Assembly: GCA_048884965.1 (NCBI GenBank)
Contig: JBHLQH010000018.1
Location: forward strand, 1-64,000
Length of the DNA: 64,000 bases
Direction of reading: 5' to 3'
DNA from: Candidatus Thorarchaeota archaeon
Lineage (GTDB): Archaea > Asgardarchaeota > Thorarchaeia > Thorarchaeales > Thorarchaeaceae
The position numbers and the translations under genes were made by a program. This document shows, piece after piece, positions 10,343 through 19,895 of this stretch. Position 1 is the first letter of the stretch, and each line of letters starts with the position of its first letter. Under the pieces are notes generated by a model. It made no database searches. It was not told the origin of the DNA and was given only the letters and a program-made list of their open reading frames with translations.

Positions 10343-10354
10343 AGAAAACATAAT

Positions 10355-11608
10355 CTAATTTCTGGACCTTCTCCTTCGCAATGTTTCCAGGATTGCAATG
10401 TTAGTGAAGATAAGACCAATAGCTGCTACAGATAGCAATGTGGGGAGTGAAGATTCTCTGTATACCAAAACATCTGAAAACGCGACTATCAGTAGTTGGG
10501 TCTGAGGTCCATCTGGAGCGTTTGAAGTGATTGAGCCAGTTATGACCAGACTGTTCTCACTTACATCAATGATTGAATGTGCCATCGAGACCTGATCTGT
10601 CATTGAAAGCCTCTGTTCCCAGATCTTGGTTCCATTCGCCGCAATGCGAGCTATCCACATTGAATCATTCCTTGTTCCAGCCAATGCAAAGCTTTCATCA
10701 TTCCTCAAGACCATATGAACGTCCTCATCTACTGCCCCATAACGCTCCTGCCAGATTACATCTCCATTACTATCCGTCTTGATAACCTGAGCATCACCGT
10801 TTACTACACCTGCAAGCAGCATAGAACCTTGGCTTACTTCCACTAATGATGTGCCATAGCCAGAATATTCAGCAGAGAAGATTCGACGCCATAAATGATT
10901 GCCTGAAACATCAAGACGAACTAATGCCATTTTGCCATCTAGGGAGGCAGAAATTGCAAAGCCGCCTGTGCTATGCTCAATGATATCATAGCCTCTATCA
11001 ATGCCCCAAGTTCCATCCATAAGGTCTCTAGGACCTGAGAATGTTCTCCAATTGATAATATCACCAGATGAATCAATGAGCCAAAAGGAAAGGTCATAAT
11101 TTTGGCCAGGTTGATAGCCAATTATGGCAAAGTCTCCTGCACGTGTTTCAAGCAAGGTGGAGAAATGAATGTCCTCGACTTCATTAGTATACGTTCTGTT
11201 CCATAGCACAGCTCCATCTGTGTCAGTGCGAATGAGCCAACCATCAGCAGTAGCTATTGCAAAGCCCCCTGAGTCGACCTCAATCAAAGAAATGCCTTGA
11301 GTGCCCACATCGTATGTTTGATTCCAGAGAGAATTGCCCTCGCTATCAGTTCTGAGAAGCCAGACACATCCCTCAGGGTGATCAGTAATGCCTGTGACCG
11401 CAAATCCCCCACCACTCACAGCAATGATATCATACCCAGAATCATTCTCCTCTCCACCATAGGTTCGGTTCCAGAGTAAAGGTGTGAGCTCATTCTCAAC
11501 AATGAGATTCTTCTCATCGAATTGTGTGTTTTGTATCGGACCTGGCAGAATCATACAAGTACTCAATAGGAGTATGAACAAAGCTCGGGAGTATATCACG
11601 CTACACAT
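10355..11608 (-). CDS. Secreted beta-propeller repeat protein with C-terminal TM anchor
   Basis: Repeated GGF(A/I)...(W/V)L(I/L)RTDxxGNxLWNxTY units, signal peptide, TM helix and RRRR tail. Confidence 0.7.
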   Translation of the reverse strand: MCSVIYSRALFILLLSTCMILPGPIQNTQFDEKNLIVENELTPLLWNRTYGGEENDSGYDIIAVSGGGFAVTGITDHPEGCVWLLRTDSEGNSLWNQTYDVGTQGISLIEVDSGGFAIATADGWLIRTDTDGAVLWNRTYTNEVEDIHFSTLLETRAGDFAIIGYQPGQNYDLSFWLIDSSGDIINWRTFSGPRDLMDGTWGIDRGYDIIEHSTGGFAISASLDGKMALVRLDVSGNHLWRRIFSAEYSGYGTSLVEVSQGSMLLAGVVNGDAQVIKTDSNGDVIWQERYGAVDEDVHMVLRNDESFALAGTRNDSMWIARIAANGTKIWEQRLSMTDQVSMAHSIIDVSENSLVITGSITSNAPDGPQTQLLIVAFSDVLVYRESSLPTLLSVAAIGLIFTNIAILETLRRRRSRN

Positions 11609-11750
11609 TCTCCTGAGTCGGACACAATTCCTACGCTCAAGAGTACTTAACTGATAAGGTCAAGGAGAATCCATTTGAGCCAAGAGAGCTTAAATTGCAT
11701 GATACCATTGTACAGAGCCAGTATTATCAGTCGAGAAGGAGCTCGATAGT

Positions 11751-12677
11751 ATGTCAGAGGACTCTTCACCGAAGAAAGCCATCTTTCCTGTCAGGGTAGT
11801 GATCCTTACGAACATCATAGCGATTGTCGCTGCAGCTTCAACGGTGATTCTATCACTTTCGGGAATCTTTCCGTTCGAAGGACCATTAGGGGTGTATCGC
11901 ATTCTGCCTGGGAACATCCTAATTGATTTCTTGTGGGTATGGATCATCGCGATAATAATGGGGGTGCTGCTATTCCTCCTGACTCCATACCTATCTGGTG
12001 TGTATCTTGGATTGCATCGGATAATGACAGGTGGAGGCTATGAGTATCATCTCCAAAGCCTAGAATCGAAAGAAGGATCTCGGTCGACCGGGCAGTTGCT
12101 GGTGCCGTCCTTTGTAGCACTCGGGCTTTCATTCACCATAACCAATATCTCAAACATAGTTGCAACCATCTTCGTGGTAGAGAGCTTCGACGGGCTCCCG
12201 GAGGGTGTTAGGGAACCACTGCTTTCTAGCATGCCTTTGTTCTTCATTCTCTTGCTCATTGCTACCATCATCTCATTTGTATTCGCTCCAGCATGGCTGC
12301 TTGAGGATCTTGGTATCATATGTAGGAGGAAGGGAGATGAAGCGACTGCGTACATCGAAGGAGTAGGCAACTGGTATCTTGCCTTACTCAAGGGTTTTGC
12401 AGGAATCTCCACGATTTTGGCATATATCTTCACCTCGGTAGATATGGTAAATTGGTATCAGATACTACCCACATATGGCGTAGAAGTCCCAATTTGGTTG
12501 TATCTCATTCCCGTACTTGTGATCATGGTTTCTCCAGCAATCGCACTAGCTCCAATATCGATATCATACACACTCTACCTCCTTGGTATCGAGAGAAACT
12601 CAAGGAAACTAAGAAAGATGGTAGAAACCAGAAATATGGAACAAGTGACGATAACTGTCAAAGCAATTGACTCTTGA
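11751..12677 (+). CDS. Multi-pass membrane protein, paralog of 8950-9909
   Basis: Shared motifs YRILPGNIL, WLLEDLGIIC and IEGVGNWY.ALLKGFAGIS. Confidence 0.7.
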   Translation: MSEDSSPKKAIFPVRVVILTNIIAIVAAASTVILSLSGIFPFEGPLGVYRILPGNILIDFLWVWIIAIIMGVLLFLLTPYLSGVYLGLHRIMTGGGYEYHLQSLESKEGSRSTGQLLVPSFVALGLSFTITNISNIVATIFVVESFDGLPEGVREPLLSSMPLFFILLLIATIISFVFAPAWLLEDLGIICRRKGDEATAYIEGVGNWYLALLKGFAGISTILAYIFTSVDMVNWYQILPTYGVEVPIWLYLIPVLVIMVSPAIALAPISISYTLYLLGIERNSRKLRKMVETRNMEQVTITVKAIDS

Positions 12678-12689
12678 AACCTTTGGATA

Positions 12690-13355
12690 TTGGATATACT
12701 AATAACGTTACAAGAGAAGACAATCAAGAGGTCAGGATGGGTGTCTGAAAGGAGGAAGTATCCAAGACAAGGAGAGTATGGAACTCCCGAGGTGCGGTGT
12801 GGATGGTGTGGGAAGAATCTCCCTGGAGAAGCACCTCTAACAGGCGGGAATTACTGCTCATTTGATTGTAGCAGCGCTGGACGATATGAACAACTGTTTT
12901 GCATAGTGGTAATGCTCTCTGCAGGTGAGATTTTCATGATCGCATTCGCTATATACAGCGCAATTGCATTTTCTCACATCCCAGTGCCCTCATGGCCAAT
13001 GCCAGTAATCGTTGCTGTATTCATAATCCCAGCTTTGGTATATTACTTAGTTAGTTTCAATCATGGAAGGAACATAAGAAAAACAACTGAAGAAACCTAT
13101 CCACATGTAGAGGTTATTGAGAGTGAGGACGACCTTACACCTCTCCATCACAACATACTTGATTTTGTCAGAGAAATCCCCTCGAATGAGGAAGTAACTA
13201 GATCGCAAATAATCGAAAGTATGCAAGAGAAGGGATCACTCAGCAATTCGACAAAGGTTGCCATATTTGAGCTTGTGGGGGCAGGCTTTTTGGAAGAACT
13301 GATGATAGGGAGATATTTCATTGGAAAAAGGATACGACGGAGTGATTCAGTCTAG
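12690..13355 (+). CDS. Treble-clef Zn finger, two TM helices and putative C-terminal wHTH
   Basis: CGWCGK...NYCSFDC, two TM helices, C-terminal ILDFV...VTRSQI...LVGAGFL..GRY. Start may be GTG 12741. Confidence 0.6.
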   Translation: MDILITLQEKTIKRSGWVSERRKYPRQGEYGTPEVRCGWCGKNLPGEAPLTGGNYCSFDCSSAGRYEQLFCIVVMLSAGEIFMIAFAIYSAIAFSHIPVPSWPMPVIVAVFIIPALVYYLVSFNHGRNIRKTTEETYPHVEVIESEDDLTPLHHNILDFVREIPSNEEVTRSQIIESMQEKGSLSNSTKVAIFELVGAGFLEELMIGRYFIGKRIRRSDSV

Positions 13356-13358
13356 AGG

Positions 13359-13754
13359 GTGGATAGACCTATATTCCTTCAAAAGAATCATACCCCAGAA
13401 GGAGTAATCGTGTCTAGGGGCTCACCAACTCGAGAAATGAACAAATACGGGGAAATCGTCAGTCAGTGTGACTGGTGCGGCAAATCGACAACGAAAACCG
13501 TCCGGGCCTATTATGGCAACTACTGTTCGCCAGATTGCAAAACTGCAAGCAGGTATTGGTCATATGTGGGTTCACTGATATTCATCATCATAGTGGTGTC
13601 AATCGATATTCTCATTATCCTCCCGAATCCTGACTATTGGCTGGAGCTAGCAGCAATCCTTTTTCTGCTAAGTATTGCGGCGCTGATGATTGGTCATCGC
13701 ATAAGAATCGGACATAGCATGCGAAAGGTGCGAAACGAGGAAACATACTGGTGA
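13359..13754 (+). CDS. Treble-clef Zn finger plus two TM helices, paralog of the upstream gene
   Basis: CDWCGK...NYCSPDC followed by two TM helices. Confidence 0.6.
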   Translation: MDRPIFLQKNHTPEGVIVSRGSPTREMNKYGEIVSQCDWCGKSTTKTVRAYYGNYCSPDCKTASRYWSYVGSLIFIIIVVSIDILIILPNPDYWLELAAILFLLSIAALMIGHRIRIGHSMRKVRNEETYW

Positions 13755-13838
13755 GTTACCGCAGACAGCAAATCAATGAAACAGAATCAACATGCTGAAA
13801 TATCTAGATTGAAATGCTCCATGGATGAGTGAGACCCG

Positions 13839-14348
13839 ATGAATAAACAGATGCTTATGGAGCAGCTCGATTTGACCTATTCTTGGATAGAGCGCATGAT
13901 CTCCAAGATGTCTGATATCGATATCTCTGAATCTATTGTCCATAAGGACAGATCTGTGAAGGATATCCTGGCTCATATCACTGCATGGAATTGGAATGGC
14001 ATCAAATGGATAGAATCAATCGCAAAAGACGAGAAGCCAATCCTGCCTATGGAAGGACATTCGATTGAGGAACGTCCTCAGGTATTTGACAGCTTGAACG
14101 AGGAGATACACAAGGAGAGCCTCAAGAAGAGTGTCAAGGAGGTCCTCAATGAGCACAGTGAATCATGGAGAGCATTGATGACCACCGTCGAAGGACTCGC
14201 AGAAGAAGACCTAAACAGGACATTCAGATTCGAGTGGATACCTGATTCGATCCAAGGGTGGCAGGTGGTCACTTGGAGAGTCAAGCATGCTGAAAACCAC
14301 GGGAAACAGATCGAAGCGTGGCTAGCGCAAAGATCAGAATCCAACTGA
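13839..14348 (+). CDS. DinB/ClbS/DfsB four-helix bundle protein
   Basis: SVKDILAHITAW and HAENHGKQI His motifs. Confidence 0.8.
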   Translation: MNKQMLMEQLDLTYSWIERMISKMSDIDISESIVHKDRSVKDILAHITAWNWNGIKWIESIAKDEKPILPMEGHSIEERPQVFDSLNEEIHKESLKKSVKEVLNEHSESWRALMTTVEGLAEEDLNRTFRFEWIPDSIQGWQVVTWRVKHAENHGKQIEAWLAQRSESN

Positions 14349-14379
14349 GAGTATGAGCGATCACGACGGGGCTATTTGT

Positions 14380-14841
14380 CTACTCGTGCTCCGATTGTGT
14401 GCAATACGGTATACTTCTTGGGGAGAGCAATTCACAAACGATACGAACTGATGCTTCAACTACTTCCATGCAAATCGAGTTGGACTCTGCTGCTTTAACG
14501 TTCTTCTTGGAGTCAAGCAGGTCCTTGCAAATTAGCGTTTCAAATTCACTAGCAAATCGTTCTGCGAACTCGTGAGCAAATCCTCCTGTTTCGAGTTTGT
14601 GGTCAAACCTGTCATCGATGGACTCTCGCAAAATTTGACCGAGTGCTGCAATTGCACCTACGACAGCTCCACAGAGACTACCATACCCGCCAATACCACC
14701 TCCGAAACCAGCCATGATGTAGGATGCAGAATCAAATTCGATACAGCTCTCGCGAAGAAGCGACATCAGGACCGCTTGAGCGCAATTATAGCTCGAAGAA
14801 AAAAGATGCCTCGCGTTTTCGACACATCGTTCTTGAATCAT
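14380..14841 (-). CDS. C_GCAxxG_C_C family redox protein
   Basis: YNCAQAV, GFGGG, LCGAVVGA, ICKDL and ICME. Confidence 0.85.
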   Translation of the reverse strand: MIQERCVENARHLFSSSYNCAQAVLMSLLRESCIEFDSASYIMAGFGGGIGGYGSLCGAVVGAIAALGQILRESIDDRFDHKLETGGFAHEFAERFASEFETLICKDLLDSKKNVKAAESNSICMEVVEASVRIVCELLSPRSIPYCTQSEHE

Positions 14842-15082
14842 TGTCAAATCACAGGATGAGTTTGAATTTGTGAGAGATATAAACCAACACAACAACGTAA
14901 GATATTCAGATCACGATTAGGTCTGAAAGAAGCAAGATAAAGAAAAGACGGGTTCATTGGGGCCCTGTCCTTGGAGGACGCTCACAGTGCAAATAATACT
15001 CATCCTGACATTCAACAACGAGTAGATTTCGCATTTTACATACCTAATCACATAAGGTTAGATGCTGCAGGGCATTGTTCTT

Positions 15083-15505
15083 TCACTTTGCTGAACGTAC
15101 TTGTGCCTTGAAAAGACGCCTGAGGAGCAATAGAGCTATCATCCACACTCCTGCCATTCCATATACTGCTTCACCTTCAAAGTACATTGGTGAAACGACC
15201 CAATATGAGAGAAGACCAAACACTATACTGGATAGTAGGATGAGTTCCCACCGATCTCGCCAAGACATCAAACCAAGACCATAGTAAGGCAACCAGAAGA
15301 AGGCAGCCTCGACGAAGAGTACTGCAAGTCCAACTCTCGAGGTGAATAGCAGGACCTCTGCAACTTCATCGAAAAGGCGATGACCATAGAGCACATCCCC
15401 TCCGTAGAGATAGAAGGGGAGGGAAATAAGGAACATCAGTAGCGTATGGACTCCTTCTCGGAATATCATTTGTGCTCTAGTTCCAGATTGATCCATACTC
15501 AACAC
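15083..15505 (-). CDS. Hypothetical membrane protein (about 4 TM)
   Basis: Hydrophobic ORF directly downstream of nrdD. Confidence 0.55.
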   Translation of the reverse strand: MLSMDQSGTRAQMIFREGVHTLLMFLISLPFYLYGGDVLYGHRLFDEVAEVLLFTSRVGLAVLFVEAAFFWLPYYGLGLMSWRDRWELILLSSIVFGLLSYWVVSPMYFEGEAVYGMAGVWMIALLLLRRLFKAQVRSAK

Positions 15506-15544
15506 TGGGAACTTATCCCAATGAAGTTTCGTACTACTATCATA

Positions 15545-17689
15545 CTAGAGACTGTATCGATATCTGTCAAGGAATTCCTGTCGCTTCGCCCTGTTAAAAC
15601 TCGATAAGGACTGCATGTAACCGGTTATCCTACTCACAATATCGCACCCAACGAAACCACACTTAGGACAGCGAATGCTATCCAAGTCTGCGATGGTCGC
15701 GAAATTGGCGTGTCTCCAATCGATGCCGGTCTGATATCCGCAGGCACTGCAGACTAGAATGTCCTTGGTGAAGGACCAGTAGCTGCTTAGGGTTTCCTTG
15801 GCAATCTTCAAGGTTAGATTCCACAGAGCATCAGGGTCAGGATTGGCTTCACCGAGATAGATGTGCGTCAGTGCACCACCGTCCATATAGGGATGGAACA
15901 TCCCTTCCTTCCGGATACGGTCACTCAATGAGAGATCAGCGGCAACATCGATTGCGGTGCTGTTCGTGTAATAGACATTGGGTGATTCGCCCTTGAGGTA
16001 CTTCCTGATACCTGGATAGGCACGATAGTCCTTTGCAGCAAGTCGACCAGCGGCACTCTCGGCAGGTGTACGGGTAACGCCAAAGTGCAATCCGGTCTGC
16101 TCCTCGAACTCTGCAGCCTTCTCCTTCAGGTACTTGAGGACCTTGATACCGAAGCGGGTACCCTCGCGGTCATGAAGATGACTATCGGTCATTATCAGCG
16201 CCATCTCCTCAAATCCCACAGTTCCCAGCAAAAATTCGCGTTTCTCCATGTCAATGAGAGGGTCACCATTAGGCTTGGGCTGAGTGTAGAAGGGAACCGA
16301 TCCAGAAGCGATGAGCTTGTCCATGAGTCGTTTCTTCTCTAGGATGACTTCCTTGCTCAGCTCAATGTACTCATCGACCTTGGCAAAGAATCTGTCCTCA
16401 TCAGTACGACCAACGTACGCCGCCCGACCGAAGTTTGGTGTCACCATCTGGGATGCACCAAAGACCATGTTGCCTGTCAAGAACTCCTCAAGCTCCTCGT
16501 CGGAGCTAGCAGTCCATAAGTGAGAGCAGCAGCTACTACAGCCAGCCTCGATAGTGGAGCGCCAGTTGAGGTAGTTCTCAAAGTAGGGAGAGCCGAACTT
16601 GGCAGTGAGCTCTGCCACCTTGTGCCAGGACTCCTCGAACTCTGGCTTCATGAACTCCTTCTTGAGGACGATGTTCGGCTTGGGGAAGTTGAATCCCTTG
16701 CCCTTCACATCTCCCTGAAGCATGACGTCCATGAAGGCGTTGAAGAACTGGTTGGCCTCGTCCTCGAAGTCACCATAGGTCGTCTCAGTTTCCTTTCCAC
16801 CGGGGAGGACTGCTGGAACATCCTTCATGATGTTCGGGATTCCCGGTGTAAGATCGACACTCGAGAAGATGACCTGACCACCTCTTGCCACGTATTGCTG
16901 GGTCAAGGTGAAGATGAGTTGCTGTGCAGCCTGCTTGATCTTCTTGTATGGCTGTCCCTTCAAGAAGGGTGCAAGGAAGGTGTTATAGAAGAAGAAACCC
17001 TGACCACCAGCGAAGGAGCTCTGTGCCGCTGCAAGCCAGATGGCCGAATGATTGACAGCGACATGCAAGTGCTGGGCAGGACCAGCAGCGCTTGAGTGGA
17101 CGCCTCCAAGACCGTCAGGAGCGATACCAAGCTTCAGAACCTGTCTCAGATCCCAAGTGGCACAGTAGTCCCTGGTTGAGAAGTACTCACGGTCCTTGAT
17201 GTAGATATCACCGCGAAGATGTGCATCAGCCAAGTGTGGAGGGATAGAGAGATAGGTGTGCTGTTCCATCACCTGGTCGTGAACTAGCTTTGCGATGGTC
17301 TCTGGGTTTCTCATTAGATTAGCATTATTCGTGAAATCAGCTGGAGCGTTGATGAGCTGGTCCAGGTCGTACATGGGGACACCGACTCTGGTATATCGGA
17401 TACGTTCAGTTTCCATACCGAACTCAGCAAGAACGCTGTTACACATCTCTCGGATGAGTGGACCTGAGAGGAACTTGATTCCGGAAGCGGCGATTCTATC
17501 CATGACCCTGGTGGCTACTAGATGTGCGTCTGCATGAGTAAGGTTCGCTTCCTGTTGGAGACTGGTGATAATCCTATCTGCCTCGAAGGACATCATGGTC
17601 CCAGATGTGGAACGGACCTTCGGCAGCTTCTTCTCCCGTGCGTGGAGGTCCTCAGTCTCGTCTGTGATTGATGGTCGTATATCTGTCAA
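15545..17689 (-). CDS. nrdD: Anaerobic (class III) ribonucleoside-triphosphate reductase with N-terminal ATP-cone
   Basis: ATP-cone, AHLRGDIYIKD, YCA, GGQG, SCC, TPAES, YYTNS, CxxC...CxxC Zn site, RITGY glycyl-radical motif. Confidence 0.95.
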   Translation of the reverse strand: MTDIRPSITDETEDLHAREKKLPKVRSTSGTMMSFEADRIITSLQQEANLTHADAHLVATRVMDRIAASGIKFLSGPLIREMCNSVLAEFGMETERIRYTRVGVPMYDLDQLINAPADFTNNANLMRNPETIAKLVHDQVMEQHTYLSIPPHLADAHLRGDIYIKDREYFSTRDYCATWDLRQVLKLGIAPDGLGGVHSSAAGPAQHLHVAVNHSAIWLAAAQSSFAGGQGFFFYNTFLAPFLKGQPYKKIKQAAQQLIFTLTQQYVARGGQVIFSSVDLTPGIPNIMKDVPAVLPGGKETETTYGDFEDEANQFFNAFMDVMLQGDVKGKGFNFPKPNIVLKKEFMKPEFEESWHKVAELTAKFGSPYFENYLNWRSTIEAGCSSCCSHLWTASSDEELEEFLTGNMVFGASQMVTPNFGRAAYVGRTDEDRFFAKVDEYIELSKEVILEKKRLMDKLIASGSVPFYTQPKPNGDPLIDMEKREFLLGTVGFEEMALIMTDSHLHDREGTRFGIKVLKYLKEKAAEFEEQTGLHFGVTRTPAESAAGRLAAKDYRAYPGIRKYLKGESPNVYYTNSTAIDVAADLSLSDRIRKEGMFHPYMDGGALTHIYLGEANPDPDALWNLTLKIAKETLSSYWSFTKDILVCSACGYQTGIDWRHANFATIADLDSIRCPKCGFVGCDIVSRITGYMQSLSSFNRAKRQEFLDRYRYSL

Positions 17690-17691
17690 GT

Positions 17692-17973
17692 CTAGCTCAT
17701 CCCCAGCTGCTCGCGTACCTCTTCAACGGAGGGTACAGTTCCGGCGTAGAGCATCTTCAGTGAACCATTATTCTCTAGGATGATGCTCGGAGTTGATGCG
17801 ATGAACACCTGATTCTCGAGAAGTCTAAACTCAAAGTCAGGATCCATCTCTTGTAGGTCTACAATCTTCATAGGAACTGGACTGCCTTCGATAGCTTCTT
17901 GCACGACTGCCTTGGCGGCGGGACAGTTCGCACAATTCTCCTGTGTAATAACATACAAAGTACTATCTGACAT
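17692..17973 (-). CDS. Thioredoxin/glutaredoxin-fold (NrdH-like) protein co-transcribed with nrdD
   Basis: CANCP motif and STPSI cis-Pro; 2 nt upstream of the nrdD start. Confidence 0.8.
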   Translation of the reverse strand: MSDSTLYVITQENCANCPAAKAVVQEAIEGSPVPMKIVDLQEMDPDFEFRLLENQVFIASTPSIILENNGSLKMLYAGTVPSVEEVREQLGMS

Positions 17974-18476
17974 CGCTAGTCCTCCCGGCGACTATTATAT
18001 GACCCAACACACCCCATCCCCTTGGGGCCAGTAACATTCTGTTGGGGAGGTATAAAATACTTGTCCTGTTCGGAGAAGGCGTCTAGCTTTAGAATTATTG
18101 ATTCTTGCGAAGCCATTGAAGGGGATTTTTTCGACATAGGACACACGCTCGGGTATCGAAATTCACTACTTATAGTCCACACATTTTCCTATGCCAGTAT
18201 GGTCGAGTTTGCCTTGTTTTGTACAACTGAACTATGTTAAGTCGCTCAAAATTCTAGTAAAGAATACCAAGGTATGAAACATTCAGCACTCTCTAACATT
18301 TCTACCTCGAGAAGGATCACTCCTGATTCGCGCGGAATGCTATCGATAAAAAGTAGGCTCGGTCACCTTCAGGAAGGGTTCTGCATATCCATCGAGAGGC
18401 AGCCACAAAGTTAGAATAGTGGACATTAAGTCACAAGGAACTGAATTGTACATGAGAGCCTGTCGAGAGAAGAACG

Positions 18477-19100
18477 ATGCCAGTATACATTAATGCAAAG
18501 GATCCCGTCGATGGATGGACACGTGTGATAAGGAAAATCATGCAAACGGGAATGAAAAGGCAGGACGAGAGAGGAATCGAAACTCGTTGGTGTGACAATG
18601 TCATGATCCATATCTGCAATCCTTTCGAGAATAGAGTCACCTCGCTCTATCCGTTCAGCGAGAAGGTCCTGAAGGAGAAATATGCCACGCAGCTGCTCAA
18701 CCCTGACAGGATGAATTTCGACTACACCTATGGAGAACGACTTAATGCATGGGGAGATGGTGAGGTCAATCAAATAGAGTATGTCATCAACAAGTTGAAG
18801 GAGAGTCCCAAGACACGCCGAGCAGTCGCCACGACTTGGGACCCAAGAAAAGATACAGTCCATGATGAAGTTCCCTGTCTCAATCATTTCGTGTTCATGA
18901 CACGAGAGGATATTGTCGATATGTCCGTGATGATCCGCTCAAACGATATGTATGGCGCATGGCTCGCCAATGTATATGGACTTACCGAGCTTCTACGTCA
19001 TGTTGCAACAGAGACCGGTCTAAGGCCAGGAAGAATAACAACCGTATCAATCAACGCCCACATCTATAATCACGATTGGGAGAAGGCCTCCGACGTTTAG
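18477..19100 (+). CDS. thyA: Thymidylate synthase, archaeal ThyA type
   Basis: FDYTYGERL, TRRAVA, VPCL, RSND, N at the dUMP-specificity site, HIY. Confidence 0.9.
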   Translation: MPVYINAKDPVDGWTRVIRKIMQTGMKRQDERGIETRWCDNVMIHICNPFENRVTSLYPFSEKVLKEKYATQLLNPDRMNFDYTYGERLNAWGDGEVNQIEYVINKLKESPKTRRAVATTWDPRKDTVHDEVPCLNHFVFMTREDIVDMSVMIRSNDMYGAWLANVYGLTELLRHVATETGLRPGRITTVSINAHIYNHDWEKASDV

Positions 19101-19214
19101 TAAGCATGAACGAGAGATTCATATACAGGTTTTTCCCCAAAACTTAATATCGGTTACAGTCAGTAACTTGTTTGTTACTGAAAGTAACTTAATACTCTGA
19201 CATTTGCGGAGTGA

Positions 19215-19862
19215 TTGAAAGTGGATAATGTTGACAAGAAATTGATCTCCATCCTGATGGAAGATGGACGGACGAGTCTCTCTGAAATCGGTAAACAGGT
19301 AGTAGATGGAGGGATGTCCCATGTTGCAGTTAGCAAGAGATTGGAGAAGCTTGTTACCGAAGAGAATGGAAAGAAGCCCCTCGTGAAGATTAGTGCTGGT
19401 ATCAATCTTGAACAGCTAGATATGAAAGTCCTATTCCTTGGTTTAGAGACAGAGAATATGGAAGTCACTGACAGAATCATCAAGAAGTATTCGGCATGCC
19501 CAAGACTACTGATGCTAGCCCCAGTGACTGGAAGATACAATCTGTTTGCTGTTATGGTTGCGGAGGACACCTTTTCCCTAGAATCAATTCTTGGAACCTG
19601 CTCAATTAGAACAGAATCTGGGATAAGAAGGTCAGAGACCTGGTTTGGCAACTCACCCGCATATCCAGAATACATGCCAGTTAATTTGAGCCCTGGAAAG
19701 AAGGTGAAAGCGACTTGCCATCAAAACTGTTCGGACTGCAAGCGATACACTAGCAACAAATGCGTTGGCTGTCCCACTTCAGAGGGCTATGCAGGGACCG
19801 TCTATGCTTCCGATGAAACAGAGCGAAAGCAAAGAGGAAAGCCTGCAAGTAGTAAGAGTTAA
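19215..19862 (+). CDS. Lrp/AsnC transcriptional regulator with C-terminal Cys cluster
   Basis: DNVDKKLISILMEDGR HTH, VTGRYNL effector domain, CHQNCSDC...CVGCP. Confidence 0.85.
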   Translation: MKVDNVDKKLISILMEDGRTSLSEIGKQVVDGGMSHVAVSKRLEKLVTEENGKKPLVKISAGINLEQLDMKVLFLGLETENMEVTDRIIKKYSACPRLLMLAPVTGRYNLFAVMVAEDTFSLESILGTCSIRTESGIRRSETWFGNSPAYPEYMPVNLSPGKKVKATCHQNCSDCKRYTSNKCVGCPTSEGYAGTVYASDETERKQRGKPASSKS

Positions 19863-19895
19863 CTCCTCAACCTCTATCTGAGTTTCGTGGCACAT

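Noticed and set aside
16520-17095. 191-aa plus-strand ORF and the many similar shadow ORFs in the track
   Set aside because: Antisense or off-frame to well-supported genes; expected from codon bias.
15545-17689. Apparently higher GC in nrdD (and polB2) as a sign of horizontal transfer
   Set aside because: Not quantified, no mobility genes or flanking repeats, and expression-related codon bias is an equally good explanation.
17976-18240. Short ORFs (68 and 72 aa) in the nrdD-thyA intergenic region
   Set aside because: No motifs, mutually overlapping, and they cover the likely promoter.
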